Shown: in pieces, positions 36,036 through 44,929 of the stretch
Layout: every line of letters starts with the position of its first letter
Numbering within the stretch: position 1 is the first letter of the stretch
Assembly: GCA_937867305.1 (NCBI GenBank)
Contig: CALMKJ010000156.1
Location: forward strand, 12,011 to 76,010
Origin: an uncultured Ectothiorhodospiraceae bacterium
Lineage (GTDB): Bacteria; Pseudomonadota; Gammaproteobacteria; JAABTG01
Direction of reading: 5' to 3'
Length of the DNA stretch: 64,000 bases
The notes under the pieces: generated by a model
What the model saw: the letters and a program-made list of their open reading frames with translations, nothing else
Database searches by the model: none
What the model was told of the DNA's origin: nothing
Program-made: the position numbers and the translations under genes

Positions 36036-39000
36036 ATGTCGACCGCCCGCGCCCGCCCGCGTTCTCGTTCGCGTTCTGCCGCCCAGCAGCCGCAGGGCAC
36101 CGAGGCGTTCGTGGTCCTGCTGGTGGTCACCGGCCTTGTCGCCGGCCTTGCTGGCGTGTGGTTCGGGGTGCCTGGGTTCGTGTTCACCTGGTTCGCGTGG
36201 GTGGTTGCGGCGTGGGCGTTGACGCCGCCTGAGCTGACCGGCACCGACATGAACCGCAACCCGGTTCCGCAGGGTCCGCGCGAGGAGCGTGCGATGCGCC
36301 GGTTCAACTTCGCCAGGTCGGCGAAGTGGGGTCTGGTGTTCCCGTTCCACGCGTTCTGGCCGGGTTGGCCGGTGAAGGCGGCGTGGCTGGCCGGCCTGGT
36401 GGCCGGGTTGGCGGCGTTCCTGGTCCCGCACCGGGCGGTACCGGGTCGGCCGCCGTTCGCGTTGAACGTGGTGGACGGGTTGTTCGTGCTCGTTCTGGTC
36501 ACCCAGGCGGCTGCGGCTCGCCGCGACTCGGTGGTGCTCGGCGACCGGTCGCCGGGGGTGGCGGTCGACGGGCTGCGGGGCTTGTTCGCCGACGCGTCGG
36601 CGAAGCTGCCGCGTGAAGCCGCCTTCGGTCTGGTCACAGCGGCCGGTCTGTTCGGTGGGGCGGTCGGCTGGTGGTACGTGGCCCCGTTGCTGGGTGCCCC
36701 GGCACCGTTGGGTTCGTTCGCGGGCCCGTTGTGGGGTGTCGTCGGCTTGTTCACGGGTCTGGGTGCCGCGGCCGGGCCGGCGTGGGTGTCGGCGTCGTTG
36801 ACGCATTGGCGCACCGTGGTCGCGGCCCGCCGGGAGTGGGCCCCGTGCTGGACCATGTTGAAGCACGTGAACCCGCCGCAGCTCCTGGACCGGCGTACGG
36901 TCGGCCCGGCGATCGTGGACACGTTCCGAGCGGACGGGTCGATGGGGTCACAGTCGTACCTGCGGCTGGGCGAGAAGATCTTGCAGGCCAGGGGCACATC
37001 GCACCGGATCGCGGTGCACACGGTCCCGGCCCGTGACCCGCAAGGTCAACCGATCCCGGGTTCGGCGGACCCGCTCGGGTTCCTGATCGTGTCGTGGCCC
37101 AACGACGTCGCACCGGACCTGACGGACCCTTCCGAAGACCCGGCGGTCCTGCGGCTGTACGTCGAGTCGGTGTTCGCGTGGCTTGGTGAAGGGTGGGGCG
37201 CGGGCCCGGTCTTGGACGAGATGACTCTGCTGACGACTCCGGACGCCGCGGCGGCGTGGATGTTGACGCTGTTCTCTGCCGGGTCGTTGCAGTGGGACGG
37301 GTTGCGCCGCGAAGGCATCAAAGGGATGTCCGGGTACCTGGGGTGCCAGGTGTTGGTCGACCACCGGGACCCGCAGGCGAACAAGCCGACCGGGCAGGCG
37401 GTGTACGCCGGCAACCTGACACACGACCCGGAGCTGTCCGGTGAGTCCCCTGTTTCGGCCGACGACTTGGAGTACCTGCACTACGAAGACGAATGGAACG
37501 GCCGGTGGGCGGCTGCGCTGAAACGGGACTCGAACCCTCCGACCCCGTACCGGTCGACCCGGTCGACGGAGAAGCTGCCGAACGGGCAGGAGATCCACCG
37601 GATGGCGTTCGTGACCCGCCAAGGCGTCGACCCGCGCGAGTTCTTCAACCTGGAAGCGAAAGTGGCGGCGACCTTGTCCGGTGCCCCGTTCCTCACGATC
37701 ACGGGGTGGCAGTTGAACAACCGGGCCGGCGAACGGCACGCGCAGGCGTTCACTGTGTTCTGGTCGTCGGCCGCGGTGCCGGGGAACCCGGACCGGTTGC
37801 CGCCGGCACCGCCTCCTGGTCGCCCCGAACGCGGCCGTAGGGGGCGTGTCGCCCCGCCGAGCACGGATGCTCAACGATGGGTGTTGGGCGGCATCGTCAA
37901 CGACGCGTTCAAGGCTGCCCGGTTGGCTCGACCGGAGGTGCACAAGGTCCGGTGTCTGACCGACCCGGGGTCTCGCGGCCACATCTGGGCGTTGAGCATC
38001 CGGCTGTTCGACGGCGTGACGTTGGCGGACGTGCGAGGCGCTTCGCAACGGTTGCGTCAGCAGATGGGCAGCGAATGGCTGCGGGTCGAGTCCGCGGCCG
38101 ACGGCGTCACGATCGTTGCAGGGGTGTCCCCGTCGAGGGCCACCGTCGCGACCAAGCACGACTCGGACTGGCTGGTCTCGTTGGACTGGGAGCAGGCGTG
38201 GCTGGACTCGAAGGTGTCCGGTGTCGGCGGGTTCACTCCGCGTCTGGTCGAGGTGGGCAACCTGCCGGCGAACCAGCAGGTCCAGGTGCTCGACTTTTCG
38301 TTGCCGTCGGGTCTGGCTGTCGGGGACGTGAAGGCGGCGACCAGCAAGTTGGAGACGGCGACCGGGAACGCGTTCGTGGATGTGCGGATGCACCCGAACG
38401 GGAAGCCGGACATGATGCGGGTTCTGGTGTGCGAGGTGAGCCCGTTGCCCGAGCGAGTCAACTTCGACTTCGAGGCGGCTGACGCCGCTGACGGGGTGGT
38501 GTTTGCGACCGGGGTCGAAGGCGAGCCGATTGTGTTCGACTCGTCGTCGTCGCCGCACGCGCTCCTGGCTGGCACCACCGGCTCAGGAAAAAGCGTGCTG
38601 GCCCAGTGCTTCTTGTACGGGTTCTTGACGGCACCGGGTGGTGCGGACGTCTACGTGATCGACCCGATCAAGGGCGCCGCGGACTTCAAGTTCGCGGAAC
38701 CGTACGCGAAGGCGTTCGCTGTCGACACGTTCCAGGCGGCCGGGGTGTTGAAGACCGTGTACGCGGAAGTGGTGCGCCGCAAGAACGAGAACGCGAAGCA
38801 TGGTGCTTCTTCGTACCGGGAGCTGCCGGACCCGCCATTGCCGATCGTGGTCATGATCGACGAGTTCACGTCGCTCATGGGTCAGTCGCCGGTCCCGAAA
38901 CCGTCGGACGACCCAGAGATGGAACGTGAACGAGCCCTGCTGATCGCGGACAACGCGGCCCGGGTGGAGGTCGGTGTGCTGACCGGGAAACTGGCCCGCG

Positions 39001-39989
39001 AAGCGCGTTCGGCCGGCGTGACTCTGCTGCTGGCGACCCAGAAACTGACCGCCAAAATGTTGGAGGTGGTGCCGGGGTCGAGCGATCTGAAGCAGAACCT
39101 GGCCCACATTCTGCTCGGCAACGCCTCTTCATGGGACCGGCAGTCGGCGTTGACCAGGCCCGAGAATGCTCCGCCGCTGGTCGGCCACGTCCCGAAGGGC
39201 CGCGGCTTGTGGGAGTCGTTGACGTCCAACGCCGTCGTCATCCAGACGTGGTTCGCACCGCAGAACGTGATGGCTCACGAGCTGTCGTCGCGTGGGCGGG
39301 TGCTGGAGGAGTCGGAGAAGGTCGACCTGTCTCGTTTCACGGCGCCGGCTTTGGAGGTCGACGGGGAGGTCATCGGCCCGGCGAACCCGGTGTTCACGGG
39401 TCCGGCGGAGGTCGATGAGGTGATCGAGCTCGACGACCTCGAGTTCAGCTTGGACGACTTGGAGCTCGACCTCGACGACGTACCGCCTCCGGGCGAGGGC
39501 GAGTCACAGGGGCCTGATTCTCCGGTCGCTCCGGCACCTTCTCTGCCGACGGCCGAGTCGGCTGACCCGGATGTGGTGAGTGTCGGTTCGGAGGTCGTGT
39601 GGGACGAAGTAGACCCGTCGCCGTGGACCCCGGAGGTGTCCGACTACGGGTGGGACGAGGTGGACGCGTTCGAGGCGTTCTTGGCCGAGTTCGGTCATGT
39701 CGGCCAGGTGACGTGGATGGACCCGAGGTTGTTGACGCCGGGCCCGGACGGGTCGCTCCTGGTGGACACGGTCCAGGAGATCGCGGATGCGGCCGGTGTC
39801 GTGTTCACGGGTCCGGACCTCCCTGTTCCCACCCCACCGTCTCCCGCTCCGGCGGCGGCGAACCTGGTCGACTTCGACTTCGAGGAGCGTCCGTCGGTTC
39901 CCCCGCACACCTTGCCGGCAACACCGGGGGACGACTTTGACGCGCCTGCGCCGCCTCCGGTTCGCGACGAGGAGGACCCGTTCGCATGA
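36036..39989 (+). CDS. large membrane-bound FtsK/SpoIIIE-family ATPase (1317 aa)
   Basis: N-terminal TM helices (AFVVLLVVTGLVAGLAGVWFGVPGFVFTWFAWVVAAWAL); a single P-loop LLAGTTGSGKSVLAQ followed by VYVIDPIKG; Walker B VVMIDEFTSLMG; acidic repeat-rich C-terminal tail. Variant class-2 motif CGGCACAGGGAAGGC directly precedes the ATG. Confidence 0.6.
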   Translation: MSTARARPRSRSRSAAQQPQGTEAFVVLLVVTGLVAGLAGVWFGVPGFVFTWFAWVVAAWALTPPELTGTDMNRNPVPQGPREERAMRRFNFARSAKWGLVFPFHAFWPGWPVKAAWLAGLVAGLAAFLVPHRAVPGRPPFALNVVDGLFVLVLVTQAAAARRDSVVLGDRSPGVAVDGLRGLFADASAKLPREAAFGLVTAAGLFGGAVGWWYVAPLLGAPAPLGSFAGPLWGVVGLFTGLGAAAGPAWVSASLTHWRTVVAARREWAPCWTMLKHVNPPQLLDRRTVGPAIVDTFRADGSMGSQSYLRLGEKILQARGTSHRIAVHTVPARDPQGQPIPGSADPLGFLIVSWPNDVAPDLTDPSEDPAVLRLYVESVFAWLGEGWGAGPVLDEMTLLTTPDAAAAWMLTLFSAGSLQWDGLRREGIKGMSGYLGCQVLVDHRDPQANKPTGQAVYAGNLTHDPELSGESPVSADDLEYLHYEDEWNGRWAAALKRDSNPPTPYRSTRSTEKLPNGQEIHRMAFVTRQGVDPREFFNLEAKVAATLSGAPFLTITGWQLNNRAGERHAQAFTVFWSSAAVPGNPDRLPPAPPPGRPERGRRGRVAPPSTDAQRWVLGGIVNDAFKAARLARPEVHKVRCLTDPGSRGHIWALSIRLFDGVTLADVRGASQRLRQQMGSEWLRVESAADGVTIVAGVSPSRATVATKHDSDWLVSLDWEQAWLDSKVSGVGGFTPRLVEVGNLPANQQVQVLDFSLPSGLAVGDVKAATSKLETATGNAFVDVRMHPNGKPDMMRVLVCEVSPLPERVNFDFEAADAADGVVFATGVEGEPIVFDSSSSPHALLAGTTGSGKSVLAQCFLYGFLTAPGGADVYVIDPIKGAADFKFAEPYAKAFAVDTFQAAGVLKTVYAEVVRRKNENAKHGASSYRELPDPPLPIVVMIDEFTSLMGQSPVPKPSDDPEMERERALLIADNAARVEVGVLTGKLAREARSAGVTLLLATQKLTAKMLEVVPGSSDLKQNLAHILLGNASSWDRQSALTRPENAPPLVGHVPKGRGLWESLTSNAVVIQTWFAPQNVMAHELSSRGRVLEESEKVDLSRFTAPALEVDGEVIGPANPVFTGPAEVDEVIELDDLEFSLDDLELDLDDVPPPGEGESQGPDSPVAPAPSLPTAESADPDVVSVGSEVVWDEVDPSPWTPEVSDYGWDEVDAFEAFLAEFGHVGQVTWMDPRLLTPGPDGSLLVDTVQEIADAAGVVFTGPDLPVPTPPSPAPAAANLVDFDFEERPSVPPHTLPATPGDDFDAPAPPPVRDEEDPFA

Positions 39990-40540
39990 CGATTCCGAAC
40001 GACGACACCCCGGTGGTCGCTGACGTGTGTACGGGTGACGTGGTCGCCGAATGGTGGGGGTTGTACCGCGGTGACGTGCGGGCCCGCTTGGGTGACATGA
40101 CTCGCGACCACGGGTTGGCGGACGACTTGACCGTGGAGACGTTCGTGCGGCTGATCCGGCATCTGCGCTTGGGGCGTCCGACCCCGGACAACCCGAAGGC
40201 GTGGCTGCGGGTCACGTCCCGGCGGCTGCTGATCGACCATCTGCGCAGGTCGGCGGTGCGCGCTGAGGAGCCGCGGGCCGACATGCCGGTCATGGTGTCG
40301 TTCTCCGACTTCGACGCCGTGGCTCGTTCGGAGGAGGCGCGTGCGTGGCTCGATACACTCGACCCGAGACAGCGCACGATCATGGAGCTGCGCGACTTCC
40401 ACGACCTTTCGACCGCCGAAGTGGCCGGCATCTTGGGGATGACGGAGCAGGCGGTTCGGTCGGCCCGCCACAAGGCGGTGGTCCATCTGCGTGGGCGAGG
40501 TGCCCCGCACCGTGACGTTGCCGAGGAGGCGAGCGCGTGA
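39986..40540 (+). CDS. ECF-type sigma-70 family sigma factor
   Basis: Region 2 (DLTVETFVRLIRHLRLGRPTPDNPKAWLRVTSRRLLIDHLRR) and region 4 (LDPRQRTIMELRDFHDLSTAEVAGILGMTEQAVRSARHKA); ATGA overlap with the upstream gene. Confidence 0.6.
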   Translation: MTIPNDDTPVVADVCTGDVVAEWWGLYRGDVRARLGDMTRDHGLADDLTVETFVRLIRHLRLGRPTPDNPKAWLRVTSRRLLIDHLRRSAVRAEEPRADMPVMVSFSDFDAVARSEEARAWLDTLDPRQRTIMELRDFHDLSTAEVAGILGMTEQAVRSARHKAVVHLRGRGAPHRDVAEEASA

Positions 40541-40908
40541 ACACGTTGCCGGTGGTGGTCTCTGTCCCGTTGGCTTTGTTGATGGCGGCGTCGGTGACCT
40601 GGGTGATGGCGGAGTCGTTGCGCCGCACCCACGCCCGCGGTACCCGTGGCCGGTTCGTGTGGGCTTCGGTGGAACGCCCCACCAGGTACCCGGCGATCGC
40701 GTACCTGCTCGTGTCGGCGGTGTTGAACGCCCGCGTGTATGAGGACTGGGTGATGTTCCTCCTCAACTGCATGGGGGTGGGTCTTCAGGTGGCGTTGTTG
40801 CAGGAGAAGAGGCGTGATGGTGAGGATGATGACTTCTGGACGGGGTTCAGTGACAAGCTGGCTGCACTGTTCGGCCACCAGGTGGCGCAGGGTCGGGTGA
40901 AGTCATGA
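40537..40908 (+). CDS. membrane protein translationally coupled to the ECF sigma gene; candidate anti-sigma factor
   Basis: GTGA overlap with the sigma stop; two TM helices. The anti-sigma role is inferred from the standard ECF sigma / anti-sigma gene arrangement. Confidence 0.4.
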   Translation: MNTLPVVVSVPLALLMAASVTWVMAESLRRTHARGTRGRFVWASVERPTRYPAIAYLLVSAVLNARVYEDWVMFLLNCMGVGLQVALLQEKRRDGEDDDFWTGFSDKLAALFGHQVAQGRVKS

Positions 40909-41339
40909 GCCTGGTACCGCTCGCACAGAGCCCGGAGCTGATCATCGCGAACGTGGCACCGCGGTCGCGTGGCGGAAGCCGTCGCGCGGACGGTCCGGCC
41001 GTGTTGAAGGAGCCGCGTCGGGCACCTGTCCCGTCACGGTGCGCGGACCATTTCGACGGGATGGTCGTCGACGTGTTCGACGCTGCCTTGTTCATCGGTT
41101 CCCATTGCCGGATCTGGCAGTCGGAGCAGGTGTTGGCGCACATCGAGATCGTCCAGATGGCGGTGGTGGAGGCGTCGGCGTACCTGCACGGCGAGATCGC
41201 GGAGCTGGGGTGGCGCGGGTATGTGACCGTGGACGGCCGGCGGCGGTTGCGCCGGTTGAACGGTGAGTTGGCGGAGCTTGGCCGGTGTGCCCGGATCTTG
41301 TTCGACGCGCACACCGGCGGACTCATCGCGGTGTGCTGA
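40905..41339 (+). CDS. hypothetical protein (144 aa)
   Basis: ATGA coupling; track ORF. Confidence 0.4.
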   Translation: MSLVPLAQSPELIIANVAPRSRGGSRRADGPAVLKEPRRAPVPSRCADHFDGMVVDVFDAALFIGSHCRIWQSEQVLAHIEIVQMAVVEASAYLHGEIAELGWRGYVTVDGRRRLRRLNGELAELGRCARILFDAHTGGLIAVC

Positions 41340-41359
41340 GTCCGCCGGTGTGCCGGCGC

Positions 41360-41602
41360 CTAGATCATGGTGATCTGGTCGACGTACACGGTGGCCGAGT
41401 GCGGTCCGCGCCGCGGCGTACCGTTCTTCTCCCATTCGGCGCTGCACGTCTCACAGGTGATGCCGGTGACGACCCGCTCCTGCAGGTAGGCCGGACCTTC
41501 GTACTCGGTCTCGACGTACAGTTCGCCGCCGCAGTACGCGCACGCCAGGGGCCGTGTGCCGGGGAAGTGACCGTGGTCGTCGGTGGTCTGTTCGGTGTCC
41601 AT
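41360..41602 (-). CDS. small zinc-ribbon protein (80 aa; CAYC...CETC)
   Basis: Internal ATG of track ORF 41360..42121, 8 nt after a full class-1 motif; two Cys pairs. Confidence 0.45.
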   Translation of the reverse strand: MDTEQTTDDHGHFPGTRPLACAYCGGELYVETEYEGPAYLQERVVTGITCETCSAEWEKNGTPRRGPHSATVYVDQITMI

Positions 41603-41649
41603 ACCTGTTCTGTGTGCGGGGCCGGCTGTTGCGTGCACCTTGCTCTGGT

Positions 41650-42447
41650 TCAGACCTCCGCGGTGATGCGGTGCGGGTAGGTGCGCCGGTATTCGCGGAC
41701 GGCGTAGGCGACGGCGTGGCACGACATGAGGAAGTGGTGGCTGTACCCGCCGAGGTCCCATTCCCACGTGTCGGCGAACTGGAAGTTCCTGTCTGACGGC
41801 AGCCGGACCTCGAAGTCGTCGAGCAGTTCGCGGGCTTCGCGTTCGTCGGTCGGGGGCAGGTCGATGAGCCGGTTGTGGACGGCGTCCCGGATGAGAGCCT
41901 GGTTGGATTCGCTGTACCAACCGGAGGCGTCGTCGAGGTGGTTGCGGATGTGCTCTTCGTACACCTCGAAGTCGAAGTCGTCTTTGGTTTGTCCACAGAC
42001 GACTTTCTCGCCCCAGTAGCCGGGGTTGATGCCGGTCCCGTTGAAGAAGTCCATCATGTCGTGGAGCCTGCGGAATGTGTACGGGGCGAAGTCTCCGCCG
42101 ACGTGCAGGTGTCCGGGCCACGTGACGATGTCGAAGTAGTAGAACCGGCTCTTCGGGGCGGCGAACCGCAGGTGCCGGTACGGGGACCCGGCGGGGCCGG
42201 ACACGTCGTGCAGCACCGTCATGGTGTGGTCGGCGGTGACGGACTCGAAGTATGCCTGGGCGCGGACCAGCGAGGTCCAGTAGGTGGTGGCGGGCCGTTC
42301 CGTCCCGTCGACGATGACGGTGGAGGGTCGTTGGGGAGCAGGCCAGATACCGGATGCGGACCGCTTGGGGTCAGGCTCGGGGTGTTCGGTGCCGAGCACC
42401 TCGTCGACGACGGGACCGGTGACGGTCTCGGTGCGGGGTTTGGTCAT
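41650..42447 (-). CDS. hypothetical protein (about 265 aa)
   Basis: Internal ATG (MTKPRTETVTG...) of track ORF 41650..42483, directly after a class-1 motif; the upstream codons of the ORF are simply the motif translated. Confidence 0.5.
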   Translation of the reverse strand: MTKPRTETVTGPVVDEVLGTEHPEPDPKRSASGIWPAPQRPSTVIVDGTERPATTYWTSLVRAQAYFESVTADHTMTVLHDVSGPAGSPYRHLRFAAPKSRFYYFDIVTWPGHLHVGGDFAPYTFRRLHDMMDFFNGTGINPGYWGEKVVCGQTKDDFDFEVYEEHIRNHLDDASGWYSESNQALIRDAVHNRLIDLPPTDEREARELLDDFEVRLPSDRNFQFADTWEWDLGGYSHHFLMSCHAVAYAVREYRRTYPHRITAEV

Positions 42448-42455
42448 GCCCGGGT

Positions 42456-42528
42456 TGTGTGCGGGTCCGGCGGGTTGGTGCACCCGGCCGGGTGTCGATC
42501 GGTTCGGCTTCGTCCCCGCACACCATGC
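42456..42528. promoter_or_regulatory. divergent control region: minus-oriented class-1 motif for 41650..42447 and plus-oriented CCCCGCACACC for 42533..43543, sharing a central GGTGCACC palindrome
   Basis: Seen directly in the 85-bp intergenic space between the two divergent start codons. Confidence 0.4.
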
Positions 42529-42532
42529 AGGT

Positions 42533-43543
42533 ATGAGCGCATCTGTCAGTAGGGGAGCCGAGTCGGCTCGTGAAGCCGCCCGTCAGCGGAACGGCAAGTT
42601 CGGGGCCCAGCACCTCCCGGAAGGCGACGGCGTCGACTTGGTTGTCGGGTCCGACGAGTTCGCTGCGGTCGCGTCTACGGACCGGCGGGTACGTGACCTG
42701 TTGGGCGACGTGGACGACTACCTGTTGGGCACCGTCACCCGCCCCGAATGGGTGGACCGGTTGTCCGAGCGGCTGCCCGCGATCGGGGACGCGGTGGGTC
42801 ATGACCGGTCGTTCGACGAGGAGTTCCTGCGCCCGCTGGTGTTGGCCGCGGAGGCTGGCGACGTGGACGAGGCGCGCCGGATCGCACGCAAGCTCGTCGA
42901 CCTGGATGTGGCGGAGCAGGCGTACCTGGACCAGGACTGGCGTCCGCCTGGGGTGCTGGTCGAGCGCGAAGACCTCATGTACGGCAACGTGTTCACCGGC
43001 GAGCGGTACGACTCGCGGCGCCGGCTGTCGGAGACGGCGAAGCTGATGCGCGCCGACATCAAGGACGCTCAGGCTGCCGGGTACATCCCGCCCGAGTTCA
43101 CCTACCGGGTGGTGACCGACTCGGGTGGCGGCGCGGTCCGCATCGAGGTGGAAGGGATGCCGGACGAGGACGCGTTCTGGCGTGACTACCACTCGCCGTA
43201 CCGGAACGGCCGCGAGTTCGGCACCCGTCCGTCGTGGGCGCGGTACCGGTTGACCGACCGGTTGAGAGGCATCGGCCGGGCGTACGCACGGCAGCAGAAC
43301 AACAGCCAGGTCGACTACTTCAACAACTCCCACGACGTGGCCGTGACCATCCGGCAGGAGTCGGAGACGATGTACTGGCGGCACGTGAAGGAGAGGTCGA
43401 ACCTGGCCGCGGAGATCCGTCGAACCCCCGCCAGTGACCCGAACCGGACCGAGCTGTTGGCGCAAGCCGAGGCGTTGCACACCGAGCAGAAGAAGGAGCT
43501 CGCCGCGAAACAGGAAGCCGACCGGGCCTCCTGGGGTTGGTGA
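42533..43543 (+). CDS. hypothetical protein (336 aa) with N-terminal SAREAARxxNGKFG motif shared with the ArdC-like protein
   Basis: Internal ATG of track ORF 42284..43543, preceded by CCCCGCACACC. N-terminus MSASVSRGAESAREAARQRNGKFGAQH, compared with MSTIQISPGAASAREAARKPNGKFGEQ at 51333. Confidence 0.5.
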   Translation: MSASVSRGAESAREAARQRNGKFGAQHLPEGDGVDLVVGSDEFAAVASTDRRVRDLLGDVDDYLLGTVTRPEWVDRLSERLPAIGDAVGHDRSFDEEFLRPLVLAAEAGDVDEARRIARKLVDLDVAEQAYLDQDWRPPGVLVEREDLMYGNVFTGERYDSRRRLSETAKLMRADIKDAQAAGYIPPEFTYRVVTDSGGGAVRIEVEGMPDEDAFWRDYHSPYRNGREFGTRPSWARYRLTDRLRGIGRAYARQQNNSQVDYFNNSHDVAVTIRQESETMYWRHVKERSNLAAEIRRTPASDPNRTELLAQAEALHTEQKKELAAKQEADRASWGW

Positions 43544-43597
43544 CCCGGTCGGCTTGGTTATGGGGTTGGTCCCGAACGTCCCCGAGCCATAACTAAC

Positions 43598-44234
43598 TCA
43601 TCGGAGGAGTGGGTCGAGCCGGCCGGCGAGGGCTTTCGTCATGGACGACCTGACCCCGCCGGGGCCTTTCACTTCGTCGCGCCACCCGGTCCACGTCCAG
43701 GTACGGAACTCGTCGAACGTGTCGGCTCGTCCGGCGTTGACCTGCCGGTGGGCCGTCTCCCGGTTCCGGGTGTCGAGTTCGGCGGTGAGCCGTTCCCAGG
43801 CGACGGTCCGGTTCTGGTGCTGGGACCGTTCTTCGGTGGCGGTGACGACGATGCCGGTCGGCAGGTGGGTCAGCCGGACCGCGGAGTCGGTCTTGTTGCG
43901 GTGTTGCCCGCCGGCGCCGGACGCCCGGTACGTGTCGATTCGGACCTCTCGTTTGTCCAGGTGCACGGGGACCGGGGTGCGGTCGTCGTCGAAGAAGACG
44001 ACGGTGACCAGGGAGGAGTGGCGACGTCCGCGTTTCTCGGTGTCGGGTACCCGTTGGACACGGTGCGACCCGGCGAGCGCACGGTAGGCGGGGTCAAAGA
44101 CGGTGGAGGTGGAACGCGCCACCCTCGAACCGGGGCGTGGCCCGGGCGTGCTTGCCGATCGCGTCGGCCAGTTCTTGTGCGAACGCGGCAGCGTCCGCTC
44201 CACCCTCACCGGGGTGGATCTCCATGCGGGGCAT
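43598..44234 (-). CDS. peptide-chain release factor homologue (GGQ domain; lacks RF domain 1, PrfH/RF2-like) encoded in two frames joined at a CTT TGA C +1 frameshift site
   Basis: Frame A (44234 down to about 44094): [46 protein letters not shown], then stop. Frame B continues as [16 protein letters not shown]...RRHSSLVTV...[41 protein letters not shown]... to 43598. The junction heptamer CTTTGAC equals the prfB shift site. GAAGGGAGGG RBS and class-2 motif upstream. Confidence 0.5.
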
Positions 44235-44296
44235 GATGCCCTCCCTTCGTTGTCGTCTCCTGCCTGTGCCACCACCGTGTGACCGGGTGGCTGAGG

Positions 44297-44602
44297 TCAG
44301 CCTTCGCCGGGTTCCGCGACGAGTTTCATCGCGGCGTACAGGTCCAGCCAGGAGGCGAGATCCCCGTCCGTCTCGTCGGCGAGTCGCCGCCGGCATTCGT
44401 CGACTTCGGCGAGGAAGTGGTCTTCGGCGCGTCCGGCTGCGTAGCGCCACTGTTCGCCGTGGACCTGGTCGCCGGCGGCTTCGGCGCGTTCGGCTCGCGA
44501 CAGGAACCGCGCGGCCACCGACGCGTGCCGGGTCACCTCGGTCGCGAGCTTGTAGTTGTCGAGGTTCTTGGTCCTGTCGGTGATGGCTCGTTGTGTGCTC
44601 AT
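44297..44602 (-). CDS. hypothetical protein (101 aa)
   Basis: Internal ATG of track ORF 44297..44773, just after a class-1 motif. Confidence 0.45.
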   Translation of the reverse strand: MSTQRAITDRTKNLDNYKLATEVTRHASVAARFLSRAERAEAAGDQVHGEQWRYAAGRAEDHFLAEVDECRRRLADETDGDLASWLDLYAAMKLVAEPGEG

Positions 44603-44689
44603 GATGTTCCTGTGTGCGGGGAGACCCGGGCCGTGCACCCGTGGTCGGCTACGTTGAAGCGAGCACCCGTCAACGTGAAGGAGTTCCTT

Positions 44690-44929
44690 GTGGCTCAGGT
44701 CGAACATGTCGTCCTCGAATGCGACCTGTGCGGGGTTGAGGGTCCGCAGGACGGGCCGGGAGTGCATGAGCATTCACTCGCGTTCGATGGCCGGGCCGCC
44801 CGCATCGTCGACGCGTGCGAGGAGTGCTGGGTGCCGTACCGGGGCATGTTGGAACGGCTTTCCGACGCGGGGCGCAGCGCGAAACGGTCCGGCAGCAGAC
44901 GCAACCGGGTCGTGAGGGTGTCGTCGTGA
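44690..44929 (+). CDS. small zinc-ribbon protein (79 aa; CDLC...CEEC)
   Basis: GTG start with GAAGGAG RBS; internal to Arg-rich track ORF 44279..44929. Confidence 0.4.
   Translation: MAQVEHVVLECDLCGVEGPQDGPGVHEHSLAFDGRAARIVDACEECWVPYRGMLERLSDAGRSAKRSGSRRNRVVRVSS

Noticed and set aside
33427-36866. Several 370-630-aa minus-strand ORFs (33427..34566, 33518..34633, 35123..37021, 35742..36866, 36948..38558)
   Set aside because: All are antisense to well-supported plus-strand genes and have Arg/Pro/Thr-dominated composition.
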